Positions 26,605 through 36,905 of a stretch of DNA of 64,000 nucleotides are shown one piece after another. How positions within the stretch are numbered: position 1 is the first letter of the stretch; every line of letters starts with the position of its first letter. A program made the translations under genes and the position numbers. The notes below the pieces were generated by a model. It searched no databases. It was given only the letters and a program-made list of their open reading frames with translations, and had not been told where the DNA came from. Origin of the DNA: an uncultured delta proteobacterium (lineage in GTDB: Bacteria > Myxococcota_A > Polyangia > Palsa-1104); assembly GCA_963785725.1 (NCBI GenBank), contig CAWAWS010000022.1:64001-128000 (forward strand). Reading direction: 5' to 3'.

Positions 26605-29600
26605 TCAGCGTAGGAAGGAATCGACCTCGGCCAGCGCCGCTTCTTGGCCGGTGCGGCCGGCGTAATCGCTGCGCGCCGACTGCGCCAACGCGCGCGCCCG
26701 CGCCGGATCGCCGTGCGCCGCCCGCAGCGCCCGCGCCAGCGCGAACGCCGTGCGCGCCCGCTCCACCGGATCGCCCGGCGTCGCCTGCCGCAGCGCCAGC
26801 GCCTGCTCGAGCGCGACGCGCGCATGCGCCGCGTCCCCTTGCGCCAGCTCGGCCAGGCCCATGCCGGTCAGCGGAATCGCCAGATCCGGATAGCTCGCCC
26901 CGAGCGCCTGCTTCTGGATGGTCGCGGCGCGCCGATACATCGTCAGCGCCTCGCGCGGCGCGTTCGCGGCCAGGTTCAGATCGCCGAAGCCGATCAGCGC
27001 CTCGGCGACGCTCGGATGCTCGGCGCCGAAGGCTTTGGAGAAGATCTCGAGCGCGCGCGCGAGCTCGGGCCGCGCCTCGTCGAGCCGGTGGCGACGCAGC
27101 GCCAGCTGCCCCACCAAGAGGTGGACGCTGCCGACGTTGGGATGGTCAGCGCCGAGCGCCGCCGTCCAGATGGTCGACGCCTGTGCGTACTGAGCGCGCG
27201 CCGCGTCGTAGCGACCGAGCTCGGTATCAATCATGCCCACGTTGAGCGCGATGGTCGCCAAGAGCGCGTCGCTCGCGTCCGAGTTGCGCAGCACGATGGC
27301 GCGCGCGCGATCGTACGCCGCCAAAGCCTCGGGCAATTGCCCCTTGACCCGCAGCGCCGCCGCCAGGCTCGACGTCACCCAGCCCGTCGTCGGATGCTCG
27401 GGACCGAGGGTCTGCTCGAGCTGCGCCAGCGCCGCGCGGTAGTGGGCGATCGCGTCGTCGGCCTTGCTCTCCATGACATCGACGTCGCCGAGGACGCGCA
27501 AGGTCTCGGCCAGCAGCGGATCGTCGCGGCGCAACACGCGCCGGCGCAGCGCCAGCGCCCGCTCGACGTGGCCGCGCGCCTCGCCCGTGTGCCCATCGTT
27601 GAGCGCGAGGCTGCCGAGGTGCGCCTCGAGGCGCGCGCGCAGCGCCGGGTTTTCACCGAGCCGCTCGATCGCGGCCGATGCCGAGCGCGCCAGCTCGCGC
27701 CCCTCGGCGAGCCGACCGAGCCGCGTGCCGATGATCCACACTTGATCGATCCAGCCGAGCGCCGCCAGCTCGTCGCCACGCACCGACTCGGCGACCACGG
27801 TCATCTCTTTCAGCTCGCGCGCCGCGTCGCTGTAGCGGTCGGTGCGCTCGTCGAGCTCCGCCTGCGCCCACAGCGCCTCGGCCTCGACCGGCCGATAGCC
27901 GGCGGCGTGCGCGTCGGTGACGAGCGCCGGCATGAGGCGTCGGGCGTCGGCGAAGTGACCCGCCTCGATCGTGGCGCGGGCGGCGGCGATGCGTCCGCGC
28001 AGCGCCTCGAGGCGCGCCCGCGCCGCCGGGTCGACGGGCAGCGGCACCGCCGCGCGCAAGGCCACCGGATCGGCGCAGACCTCGAGCCGTTCGAGCGACT
28101 GGGCCGCGGCCAGCGCGTGCTCGACCGTCGCGCGATCGGCGTGGCCGAGCACGTCGATGCGCGCCTTCCAGTCGCGCAGCCGATTCTGCAGGCAGGCCAT
28201 GCGCAGGTCGAACAGCTCGTCCGACTGCGGTCCGCGCGCGGGCGTGGCGCGGCAGGTGTCGGCGACCATCCCCGTCCACGACGCGGCGTAGTCGTCGAAC
28301 ACGGCCGCGACGGAGCGGAAGGCCTGCTCGGCGTAGCCGGCGCCGGTCTTGCGGAAGGCGGCGGCGACGTCGTCACGGCGCGCGCCATCCCACACGCCGG
28401 CGAGGCGCGCGCTCGGGTCGTGGCAGATTCCCGCGCTCGCGCGGTGCTGCACGGCCCGTCCGACGACGGCGGCGGCGACGAGCGCGACCGTGGCCGCGGC
28501 GAGCGCGCGCACGACGCGGGCGCGCCGCAGCGCCGGATCGCGCGCCAGCGCCGCCAACAGCGCCGCCATCGACGGCCAACGCGCGCTTGGGTCGACGGCC
28601 AGCCCGCGCAGCACGATCTGGCGGATCCACGGCGGCACGCTGGTGCCGGCCGGCGGCGGCAGCACGCGACCGTCGACGATGTTGCTGCGCAGCTCGTCGT
28701 AGCTGCTGCCGGCGAATGGGCGCTCGCCGTAGAGCGCGGCGTAAAACGTGACGCAGAAGCTGAACTGATCGGAGCGCGCGTCGCAGGGCTCGCCGCGGTG
28801 CTGCTCGGGCGCCATGTAGGGCGGCGTTCCGACGACGGCGCCGGCGAGCGTGAGCGCGGTGTCCAAGAGGCTGCGCGAGATGCTGCTGGTCGTCGACGTC
28901 GGCGACGCGCGCCCCGTCACCGCCGCCGCCGACTCCAGTGACGACGACGACGGCGCGGCTTCCGACGACGACGGCACGACTTCCGACGACGACGGCACGA
29001 CTTCCGACGACGACGGCACGGCCTCCGACGACGCCGACGACGGCACGACCGCCGACGTCGTGAGCGCGCCCGCCGACAGCGACGACGTGATGGTCGACTC
29101 GGCGCCGCGCCCGCCATGCGCCGTCGGCACGTCGTCACGCGAGCGTTCCGCGCGCGCAGCCGACGACGCGGCCGCGACCGCGAACCCCGCGTCGGCCGCG
29201 CTCGTACGCGCCAGGCCGAAGTCGAGCACGCGCACGCGCCCGTCGTCGCCAATCATGATGTTGGCAGGCTTGACGTCGCGGTGCACGAGGCCGACCGCGT
29301 GCGCCGCCGCCAGCCCTTGCCCGACCTGCGTGAAGACGCGCAGCAGCTCGGGCCAGGCGCGTCCGGGCGCGAGCCACTCATCGAGCTGGATTCCCGTCAC
29401 CCGCTCCATGGCGATGAAGACGCCTTCGTCATAGCGGCCGACATCGAAGACGGCGATGACGTTGGGGTGCGACAGCTGCGCCAGCGCCTGCGCTTCGCGC
29501 AGCAGCCGATTACGGCCTTGTGTCTCCGCCTCGGCGGCGCCGGCGCTGGCGACCAGCTTGAGGGCGACCTCGCGGCCGAGCTGCGAGTCGCGCGCGCGGT

Positions 29601-29778
29601 AGACCACACCCATCCCGCCGACGCCGAGCGTGCCGAGCAGCTCGTAGCGGCCGACCCACGTGCCGGCGGCCAGCGAGGCCACCGGTTCGCGCGGCGCCGC
29701 GGCCGCGACGGCGGGGCTGCCGACGGGCTCGCTCATGCGCGCGGACCCGGCGGTCGCTGACGCAGGCGCGTCGTCCAC
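26605..29778 (-). CDS. Ser/Thr protein kinase with TM segment and TPR repeats (start could be ATG 29736)
   Basis: GVGGMG, VALK, HRDVKPAN, DFG, GTPPYMAPE, SDQFSFCV; LGPEHP/LGADHP TPR repeats. Confidence 0.92.
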   Translation of the reverse strand: MDDAPASATAGSARMSEPVGSPAVAAAAPREPVASLAAGTWVGRYELLGTLGVGGMGVVYRARDSQLGREVALKLVASAGAAEAETQGRNRLLREAQALAQLSHPNVIAVFDVGRYDEGVFIAMERVTGIQLDEWLAPGRAWPELLRVFTQVGQGLAAAHAVGLVHRDVKPANIMIGDDGRVRVLDFGLARTSAADAGFAVAAASSAARAERSRDDVPTAHGGRGAESTITSSLSAGALTTSAVVPSSASSEAVPSSSEVVPSSSEVVPSSSEAAPSSSSLESAAAVTGRASPTSTTSSISRSLLDTALTLAGAVVGTPPYMAPEQHRGEPCDARSDQFSFCVTFYAALYGERPFAGSSYDELRSNIVDGRVLPPPAGTSVPPWIRQIVLRGLAVDPSARWPSMAALLAALARDPALRRARVVRALAAATVALVAAAVVGRAVQHRASAGICHDPSARLAGVWDGARRDDVAAAFRKTGAGYAEQAFRSVAAVFDDYAASWTGMVADTCRATPARGPQSDELFDLRMACLQNRLRDWKARIDVLGHADRATVEHALAAAQSLERLEVCADPVALRAAVPLPVDPAARARLEALRGRIAAARATIEAGHFADARRLMPALVTDAHAAGYRPVEAEALWAQAELDERTDRYSDAARELKEMTVVAESVRGDELAALGWIDQVWIIGTRLGRLAEGRELARSASAAIERLGENPALRARLEAHLGSLALNDGHTGEARGHVERALALRRRVLRRDDPLLAETLRVLGDVDVMESKADDAIAHYRAALAQLEQTLGPEHPTTGWVTSSLAAALRVKGQLPEALAAYDRARAIVLRNSDASDALLATIALNVGMIDTELGRYDAARAQYAQASTIWTAALGADHPNVGSVHLLVGQLALRRHRLDEARPELARALEIFSKAFGAEHPSVAEALIGFGDLNLAANAPREALTMYRRAATIQKQALGASYPDLAIPLTGMGLAELAQGDAAHARVALEQALALRQATPGDPVERARTAFALARALRAAHGDPARARALAQSARSDYAGRTGQEAALAEVDSFLR
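28958..29047 (-). repeat. 21-bp coding tandem repeat (VPSSSEV) inside the kinase activation segment
   Basis: Three copies of ttccgacgacgacggcacgac-like units plus a degenerate one. Confidence 0.85.
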
Positions 29779-30134
29779 GGACGATGTCCGCGGCTGTGTC
29801 GCGCGGCTCGACGCGGTGGTTCGTACACTCTGGGCCCAGGCTTATTGTATCAAAAACGCAGACACGTTAGCGCAAATCTTAGAACCGTCGATGCCGACGC
29901 CTCATTGCGGATTGTGATGCGCGGCGGGCTCCGTCATGTCGGCAGCGCGAGCGCGCTCGACACGCCCGTCCGAGCCGCTGACCGGCACGACGCTCGCACC
30001 GTCCTATATTCGCCACCAAGGGCGCAGCGCGGGTACGCTCGCCACGACTCGGCTCGGCGGCCGCGAAGCCGCCGAACGTTCGAACGCGCCGCCACCGGCG
30101 CATCTTTTCCCGTGCTGCGACAAAGGAGGTGGGC

Positions 30135-31274
30135 ATGGAAGAGTTGCGCCTCGCGATTGGCGGTCCCCTCTATCGCGTCGAGCGCGCCGGGCGCGTCGAG
30201 CAGCTGCGCCGGCTGATTCCGCTGCTCATCGGGCTGACCTGGCTGCCGCTCTGCGTCTTCGCGCTCGTGCAGTGGGCGATGGGAGGCGCCGCGGACTCGC
30301 TGATCCGCGATCTGTCGGTGCACGCGCGCCTGCTCGTGGCGCTGCCCGTCATCCTCTGGGCTGAGCGGCTGCTCGCACAGATCGCGGGCGTCGCCTCGGT
30401 CCGCATCTTCGAGGAGGGTCTGGTCCCGCCGGCGTCCGAGCCGCGCATTCGCGGCATGTTGCGCGCGGTCGAGCGCTGGCGCGACGCGGCTTGGCCCGAG
30501 TCGCTGCTGCTCGTCGGCGCCTTCGTGGCCGGCATCGCCGCGCTCGCCGGCTGGACTGGGGCGAGCGGCATCCTGTCCGGCCCCGACACGCGCCGCTACG
30601 ACGCCGTGCGACTGTGGTACGGCCTCGGGTCGCTGCCCATCTTCCAGTTCCTCTTGTGGCGATCGCTGTTCCGCTTCGCGCTGTGGCTCCGCGTGCTCGT
30701 CGGCTTGGCGCGCACGCCGCTCGCGCTCGTGGCGACGCACGCCGACGAGCACGGCGGCATCGCCTTTCTGCGCATGCCGAGCATCGTCTACGGCGCGCTG
30801 CTCATGTTGGCGACGAGCGCCGTCTTGTGCGCCAGCTGGGCGACCCAGATCGCGGCGCACGGCATGCCGCTGGCTACGTTCCGCTCGCCCTTCCTCGTCT
30901 TCGTCGGGCTCGGCGTCGTCGTCGTGCTGGCGCCGCTCGCGATGTTCACGCCGCAGCTGTGGAAGACGCGCGTGGTCGGCTTGCGGCGCTACGGCGGCTT
31001 GATGACCGACTACGCGCGCCGTTTCCAAGCGCGCTGGGTCGAGGGCGATCGCGCGTCACTCCTGGGCACGCCCGACATCCAGTCGCTGTCGGATATGACG
31101 AACGCCTACCAGAGCACCGTGGCCGTCGTCGGGACGACGCTGTTCGGCAAGCGCGACGCGATCGTCGTGGCCGCCAGCGCGCTCGTGCCGGCGGTGCCGC
31201 TCTTGCTGATGGAAGGGCCGGCGCACGAGGTCATCAAGCGAGTCGCCGGGCTGCTGCTCGGCGCGATGCCGTAG
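30135..31274 (+). CDS. Multi-pass membrane protein of unknown function
   Basis: AGGAGG RBS; several TM segments; GGPLY, HADEHGGIAFL, LLGTPDIQSL. Confidence 0.85.
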   Translation: MEELRLAIGGPLYRVERAGRVEQLRRLIPLLIGLTWLPLCVFALVQWAMGGAADSLIRDLSVHARLLVALPVILWAERLLAQIAGVASVRIFEEGLVPPASEPRIRGMLRAVERWRDAAWPESLLLVGAFVAGIAALAGWTGASGILSGPDTRRYDAVRLWYGLGSLPIFQFLLWRSLFRFALWLRVLVGLARTPLALVATHADEHGGIAFLRMPSIVYGALLMLATSAVLCASWATQIAAHGMPLATFRSPFLVFVGLGVVVVLAPLAMFTPQLWKTRVVGLRRYGGLMTDYARRFQARWVEGDRASLLGTPDIQSLSDMTNAYQSTVAVVGTTLFGKRDAIVVAASALVPAVPLLLMEGPAHEVIKRVAGLLLGAMP

Positions 31275-31306
31275 CGGCGCACGCCGCAATAGGCGGCGAG
31301 CCCCGT

Positions 31307-31819
31307 TCACCAGCACAGGCCGCCGCACTGGCGCATGAGACGTGCGCGCTCGACCAGCTTACTGCCGCCGACCTGCTCGATGATGCCGGGCACGAGCGCG
31401 CCGACGCCAATCAGCGCCGTGGTCGCGCCGGCGGTCGTGAGCGCGTGGTCGGTGCAGCCGGAGTAGTACGAGTACGAGCGATAGTGGTAGCTGCCGGCGT
31501 AATTGCTGCCGTAGTAGTAGCCGCCGTAGCACTGCCGGTCGTTGCTGTGCCAGGCGCCGGCGATCGCGAGGCCGGTGCCGACGAGCCCGAGCGCGCCGCC
31601 GGTGGCCATGAGCGCGACGCCGATGCGCTTTTTGCGCCGACCCGCGGCCTCGAGCGCATTGGCCTCGGTGACGACGTCGCGCGTCGGTGTCCACGCCGGC
31701 GGCGGCGGTGGCAAGAGCAGCGGCGGCGGCGGTGGCAGCAGCGGCGACGGCACCGATTGCGCGCGCGCCGCCAAGGGCACGCAGACGAGACACAGCAGCA
31801 ACCCGATTCGAGTCGACAT
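31307..31819 (-). CDS. Exported hypothetical protein (signal peptide, Pro tract, two hydrophobic helices)
   Basis: ARA-Q cleavage motif, poly-Pro linker, Tyr-rich loop. Confidence 0.75.
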   Translation of the reverse strand: MSTRIGLLLCLVCVPLAARAQSVPSPLLPPPPPLLLPPPPPAWTPTRDVVTEANALEAAGRRKKRIGVALMATGGALGLVGTGLAIAGAWHSNDRQCYGGYYYGSNYAGSYHYRSYSYYSGCTDHALTTAGATTALIGVGALVPGIIEQVGGSKLVERARLMRQCGGLCW

Positions 31820-31998
31820 TCAGCACCGCACGGCAGAGACGCCGCCAAGAGATCGTGGGCTGGCCGAGCCGGCAGGCATCCGGCTGCGCCCCGAGCGCCC
31901 GCGACGACGGCCGCAGCCGAAGACGCGGTGACTTACGGCGCCGCTCGTCAGCGACCTTGCGCGCCGCGCTGGCGCCGCTCTTGCTGCAGCGAGGCGCG

Positions 31999-32955
31999 AT
32001 GCGCACGCGAGCGAGCAGCGGCCGGCAGGCGGCGCGACGGTGGCGCCCATGGCCGGCCGCGTGTCTCGCGCTCATCGCCGCGTCGGCTCAGGCGCAGGAC
32101 CTAGGGCACAAGATCTTGGGCACGCTGGGGCTGCAAGCTGGCTCGCAAGCGCCGACCGGCCTCTACGTCGCCGACCAACTGCTCTTCTATTCGTCGAACG
32201 ATCTCTTCGCCCGCGGCGGAACGCGCATTCCGATCCCGTTCGCCCTGCGCGTGGTCGCCAACGAGGTCGGCGTCTCGGGCAGCTACGAGATTCGCCCGAT
32301 TCACACGTTCGTCACCGCCTCGGTGGCGCTGCCGATCGCCAACGTCACCGGCGGCATCGGCGACGTGCGCGGCAGCATCGACTCCTTCGGCCTCGCCGAC
32401 GCCTTCATCCAGCCGCTCGCGCTCGGCTGGCGGCTGCCGCGGCTCGAGGTGCAGGTCGGCTACGCCTTCTACGTGCCGACGGGGCGGTTCGAGCCCGGCG
32501 GCGCCGGCGGCGTCAGCAGCGGCTCGTGGTCGCACGAGCTGTCGGCCGGCGGCACGGTGGCCTTCGATCGCGCGCGCAGCTGGCAGCTCTCGGCGCTGGC
32601 CAGCTACGAGCTCAACCAGCGCAAGATCGGCATCGACATCACCCGCGGCAGCACGCTGCAGGTTCAGGGCGGCCTCGGCAAGACGCTGACGCGCGTCGTC
32701 GACCTCGGCGTCGTCGGCTACGGCCTGTGGCAGGTGAGCGACGACTCGGGCGCCGACCTGCCACCCATCCTGCGCGGCGCCCGCGATCGCGTCTACGGCG
32801 TCGGCACCGAGCTCGACCTCACGCTGGCCGAGGCGCGCGCGCGTCTGGCCATCCGCTACACGCACGAGCTCGGCTCGGAGTCGCGGCCGCAAGGTCAGGC
32901 GCTGGTCGTCGCGCTCAGCTTCACGCCCTGGCGCCCGCGGAGCACGCGCCGTTGA
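31999..32955 (+). CDS. Outer-membrane beta-barrel, phenol MetA-pathway/SphA-like transporter family
   Basis: Signal peptide; GLQAGSQAPTGLY, FGLADAFIQPLALGW, YVPTGRF, GYGLWQVSDDSG. Confidence 0.75.
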   Translation: MRTRASSGRQAARRWRPWPAACLALIAASAQAQDLGHKILGTLGLQAGSQAPTGLYVADQLLFYSSNDLFARGGTRIPIPFALRVVANEVGVSGSYEIRPIHTFVTASVALPIANVTGGIGDVRGSIDSFGLADAFIQPLALGWRLPRLEVQVGYAFYVPTGRFEPGGAGGVSSGSWSHELSAGGTVAFDRARSWQLSALASYELNQRKIGIDITRGSTLQVQGGLGKTLTRVVDLGVVGYGLWQVSDDSGADLPPILRGARDRVYGVGTELDLTLAEARARLAIRYTHELGSESRPQGQALVVALSFTPWRPRSTRR

Positions 32956-32978
32956 GCGCCGCCGCTCCATGCTGCCGC

Positions 32979-33410
32979 TCAGTGCTGCAAGAGGACCGCG
33001 ACCCAGACCGAGAGGAACAGGAGCGGGATGACGACCGAGGCCGCGGCGCCGGCGTAGCGGACGGCCGGGTGGCCCCAAATGACGACGCGCTGCAGGTCAT
33101 CGTCGGTCGAGACCAGCCGGCGCAGCTGCCACATCGACGCCAGCGCGCTCAGGATGCTGACGAAGAGCGACAACAGCGACAACAGCGCCGCCCACGGCAA
33201 GAGCGCCTGCAAGAGCACCATCTTGTGCAGCTGCACGCCCAGCGCGGCGCGCACGCCGGCGGCGCAGATGGCGTAGGCCGAGAAGAGGAATGCCTGCGAT
33301 CCGACCACCCAGGTCGTGCGATGCACGATCAGGTCGTCCTCGTGGTCGATGCGCGCGCGAATCCAGTGCAGCGCCTCGCGATCGCGCGCTTCGTCGTCCG
33401 ACTCGGGCAT
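32979..33410 (-). CDS. Small 3-TM membrane protein (RipA-like pattern)
   Basis: HEDDLIVHRTTWVVGSQAFLFSAY followed by further TM helices. Confidence 0.7.
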   Translation of the reverse strand: MPESDDEARDREALHWIRARIDHEDDLIVHRTTWVVGSQAFLFSAYAICAAGVRAALGVQLHKMVLLQALLPWAALLSLLSLFVSILSALASMWQLRRLVSTDDDLQRVVIWGHPAVRYAGAAASVVIPLLFLSVWVAVLLQH

Positions 33411-33521
33411 TCGCCCCGGTTGGTGCACGCGCCGTACCGAACCGTCGCGCGCCCGCGAGCACACCGCGGCCCCGATTGCGCCGGCGGCCGCGGGCGCTAG
33501 CTCTGTCGCCGGAGGTCCCAC

Positions 33522-35342
33522 ATGGCGTCGCGCATCGAAGACTACGGCATCATCGGCAACACCAAGACGGTCGCGCTCGTGTCCAAGACGGGCTCACTCG
33601 ACTGGCTATGCGCGCCCCACTTCGACTCCGACGCCTGCTTCGCGTCGCTCTTGGGTTACGACGAGCACGGCCGCTGGGCGTTCCAGCCGACGGCCAAGGT
33701 CCGCACCATTCGCCAGCGCTATCTCGGCGACACGCTCATCCTCGTGACCGAGTTCGAGTGCGACGGCGGCTTGGCGCGCCTCGTCGACTTCATGCCGCCC
33801 AGCCACGACCGCTGCGACGTGGTGCGCGTGCTCGAGGGCGTCAGCGGCGAGGTGCCGTTCGAGATGGCGCTCACGCCGCGCTTCGGCTACGGCGCCGACC
33901 CCGCCTTCATACAGCGTGACGACGACGGCTTCGCGCTCATGAGCGGCCCCGACGCCTTTCGCCTCCGCGGCGCCGCCACCGCCGAGCGCCGCGACGGCAG
34001 CGTCTGGTCGCAGCTCACCGTGCGCAAGGGCGAGCGACTCGGCTTCCAGCTGGCCTGGCACCCGTCGCACCGCCCGGCGCCGCCGCCGCTCGACCTCGAC
34101 CGCGAGCGCCAACGCACCGACGCCTACTGGACCGCGTGGGCCGGGCGCTGCACCTACGAGGGCCAATTTCGCGAGGCGGTCCTGCGCTCTTTGTTGACGC
34201 TCAAGGCGCTCACCGACTCCGAGACCGGCGCCGTCGTGGCCGCGCCCACGGCGTCGCTGCCGGAGGAGCTCGGCGGCGTGCGCAACTGGGACTATCGCTT
34301 CTGCTGGCTGCGCGACGCCACGCTGACGCTGCACGCGCTCATGTTCGGCGGCTACAGCGACGAGGCCGCGGCCTTTCGCGACTGGCTGGTGCGCGCCATC
34401 GCCGGCGATCCGACGCGCGTGCAGATCATGTACGACGTGCGCGGCGGCCGGCGGCTGACCGAGCAGCAGCTGCCGTGGCTGCCCGGCTACGAGGCGTCGC
34501 GGCCGGTGCACATCGGCAACGCGGCCTCCGACCAGCTGCAGCTCGACATCTACGGCGAGGTCGTGAGCTGCTTTTACGCCGCGCGCCGCTTGGGCGTGCC
34601 GGAACAGCACGACGCGCAGGAGCCGGCGCTGCGGCTCATCGAGCACCTCGAGCGGATCTGGCAGCAGCCCGACGAAGGCATCTGGGAGGTGCGCGGCGCG
34701 CGCCGCCACTTCACCTACTCGAAGATGATGGCCTGGGTGGCGTTCGACCGCGTGGTGCGGCTGGTGCAGGAGTTTGGCGTGTTGGGCGCGATCGGGCAGC
34801 AGCGGCTGCCGCATTGGATCGGGCTGCGCGAGCGCATCCACCAAGAGGTGTGCGACCGCGGCTTCAACCCGCGCATCGGCGCCTTCACGCAGTCGTACGG
34901 CGGCGACACGCTCGACGCCAGCGTGCTCACCATGGTGCATTGCGGCTTCTTGCCGCCGAGCGACCCGCGCATCCGCGGCACGGTAGCGGCCATCGAGCGC
35001 GGCCTCATGCGCGACGGCTTCGTGCTGCGTTACGCGACCGAGCACGGCGTCGACGGCCTGGCCGGTGACGAGAGCCCTTTTCTGGCGTGCAGCTTCTGGC
35101 TGGCCGACAACTACGCGCTCGCCGGCCGCGTCGACGACGCCCATGCGCTGCTCGAGCGGCTGCTGGCGATTCGCAACCACGTCGGCCTGCTGGCGGAGGA
35201 GTACCATCCGGCGCTGCAGCGGCAGCTCGGCAATTTCCCGCAGGGCTTCTCGCACCTGGCGCTCATCATGAGCGCGCACGTGCTCGAGAGCGTGCGCCAG
35301 GGCCGCCAGCCGGCAGTGGCGGAGCCGACGTTCGCCACCTGA
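33522..35342 (+). CDS. Glycoside hydrolase family 15 (trehalase/glucoamylase-like)
   Basis: IEDYGIIGN, AAPTASLPE, RNWDYRFCWLRD, QLDIYGE, GIWEVR, LLAEEY, GNFPQGFSH. Confidence 0.95.
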   Translation: MASRIEDYGIIGNTKTVALVSKTGSLDWLCAPHFDSDACFASLLGYDEHGRWAFQPTAKVRTIRQRYLGDTLILVTEFECDGGLARLVDFMPPSHDRCDVVRVLEGVSGEVPFEMALTPRFGYGADPAFIQRDDDGFALMSGPDAFRLRGAATAERRDGSVWSQLTVRKGERLGFQLAWHPSHRPAPPPLDLDRERQRTDAYWTAWAGRCTYEGQFREAVLRSLLTLKALTDSETGAVVAAPTASLPEELGGVRNWDYRFCWLRDATLTLHALMFGGYSDEAAAFRDWLVRAIAGDPTRVQIMYDVRGGRRLTEQQLPWLPGYEASRPVHIGNAASDQLQLDIYGEVVSCFYAARRLGVPEQHDAQEPALRLIEHLERIWQQPDEGIWEVRGARRHFTYSKMMAWVAFDRVVRLVQEFGVLGAIGQQRLPHWIGLRERIHQEVCDRGFNPRIGAFTQSYGGDTLDASVLTMVHCGFLPPSDPRIRGTVAAIERGLMRDGFVLRYATEHGVDGLAGDESPFLACSFWLADNYALAGRVDDAHALLERLLAIRNHVGLLAEEYHPALQRQLGNFPQGFSHLALIMSAHVLESVRQGRQPAVAEPTFAT

Positions 35343-35421
35343 GCCGCGCCGACCTCATGCCGCCAGTGTATTCGTCCCGCATTTGATCGTCGGGCGCGTC
35401 GGGCGTGCCTAGAACTTCCGC

Positions 35422-36021
35422 GTGCAGCGGAAACTTCGCTATCTGCCGAAGCACGTCGTACGCACGCCCTCGCGCGCGCTCCTCGGCACGGAGCGGACGA
35501 CGCTCGGTGCACTGATCGCGCCGGTCGTCGCGGCGCATCCGTCGCAGTCGGGCGACGCCATTGGGCGGGTGCTCATCGACCGCATCGTGGCGGCCGCCGA
35601 TCGCGGCGTGCGCGTGCGCCTGCTCGTCGACGACTACGCGTCCGCCGGCCACGACACCGCCTTCGACACGCTCGCGGCCCATCGCAACGTCGAAGTGCGC
35701 GTCTTCAAGGCGGCCGTGTTCGATCGCAAGACGGTGTTCGTCGGATCGTTCAACCTCGACCCGCGCTCGGCCGCGCTCGACACGGAGACGGTGTTCGTCC
35801 TTCACAGCCCGGAGCTGGCCGAGCAGCTCCTCGAGTCCTTCGCCACCGATTTCGAGCCGGCCAACGCCTGGCGCATCGGCGAGGTCGCCGGCAAACACAA
35901 GGTCGCCTGGATCACCGAGCAGCCGGCCCAGCCCGTCGTCGAGCCGCACGATCCGGCCGGCGCGTGGCGGCGCTTCGTGCGGTCGATCGAAAAGGCGCTG
36001 CCGATTCGCAGCCTGTTATGA
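35422..36021 (+). pseudogene. Internally deleted ClsC/YmdC-like phospholipase D, no intact HKD motif
   Basis: AADRGVRVRLLVDD and KAAVFDRKTVFVGSFNLDPRS are retained; intervening segments missing in frame; 199 aa. Confidence 0.75.
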
Positions 36022-36905
36022 CCGCCATGACGCACCACGGGTCGGCGCTGCCGCTGTTGGCGCTGCTGTCGGCCGGCTGCCTGCCGTTCGTCGGCAACAA
36101 AGGCGAGCCGCCGCGCACGTCGCTGGCTATCCAGCGGTTCGCGACCGCGGCCAGCGCGCTCGGCCTGCCGCCGTCGCCGCCGTCGCTGGCCGAGGTCACG
36201 CGGATGCTCGCCGACGCCGTCGAGTCGCTGCCCAACGCGCCCGGCGCGCACGATCGCGGGCAAGCGATCGGCGCCCACGCGCGCGCCATGACCGGCGACT
36301 CCGACGGCGACACGCAACAGGCGCGGCAGAGCGTGGAGCTGGCGCTGCAAGCGCTGCAGCACATGCGCAAGCCCGCCGGACCGAAGAAGGATCGCGAGCA
36401 CGCGCTCAGAGCCGTGCCCAAAGCCATCGGCGTCCACGACCAGTACCGCGCGTTGGCGCACGCGCTCGTCCTCTACAGCGGCGGTCAGACCTGGCAGGCC
36501 GCGGGCTCGACGCTGCGCGCGCTCGTCGCTCGGCTCTCCGTCGAGAATGACGACATCGCGCGCCATACCATCGCCGAGGCGCTGTTCGTCGTCGCCGAAG
36601 ATCTGGCGGCGCTGCATCTCGACACCGGCGACCTGCGCGACCGCGCCCAGCAGCTGACGGCGGCGGCGCCGCTCGACTATTCGGCCGCGCTGCACGAGGC
36701 GCTGGCGCGGGCGGTCGCCGCGCTGCGTAGCTACAAGGCGGGCTCGCCCGCCTTCCAGACGCTCGCCGCCGATGCGCACGAGGCCGTCGAACGCGTCACG
36801 CGCGATCGCCCGTTCGAGCTGCAGCGCCCGGCCACGCAAGATGCGCTGCGCCTCATTACTGATGCGTTGGTAATCGCGTCTCCGACCACGAAGAGCGGCC
36901 CGTGA
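36018..36905 (+). CDS. Helical lipoprotein of unknown function
   Basis: ATGA overlap with the upstream ORF; SAGC lipobox. Confidence 0.75.
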   Translation: MTAMTHHGSALPLLALLSAGCLPFVGNKGEPPRTSLAIQRFATAASALGLPPSPPSLAEVTRMLADAVESLPNAPGAHDRGQAIGAHARAMTGDSDGDTQQARQSVELALQALQHMRKPAGPKKDREHALRAVPKAIGVHDQYRALAHALVLYSGGQTWQAAGSTLRALVARLSVENDDIARHTIAEALFVVAEDLAALHLDTGDLRDRAQQLTAAAPLDYSAALHEALARAVAALRSYKAGSPAFQTLAADAHEAVERVTRDRPFELQRPATQDALRLITDALVIASPTTKSGP

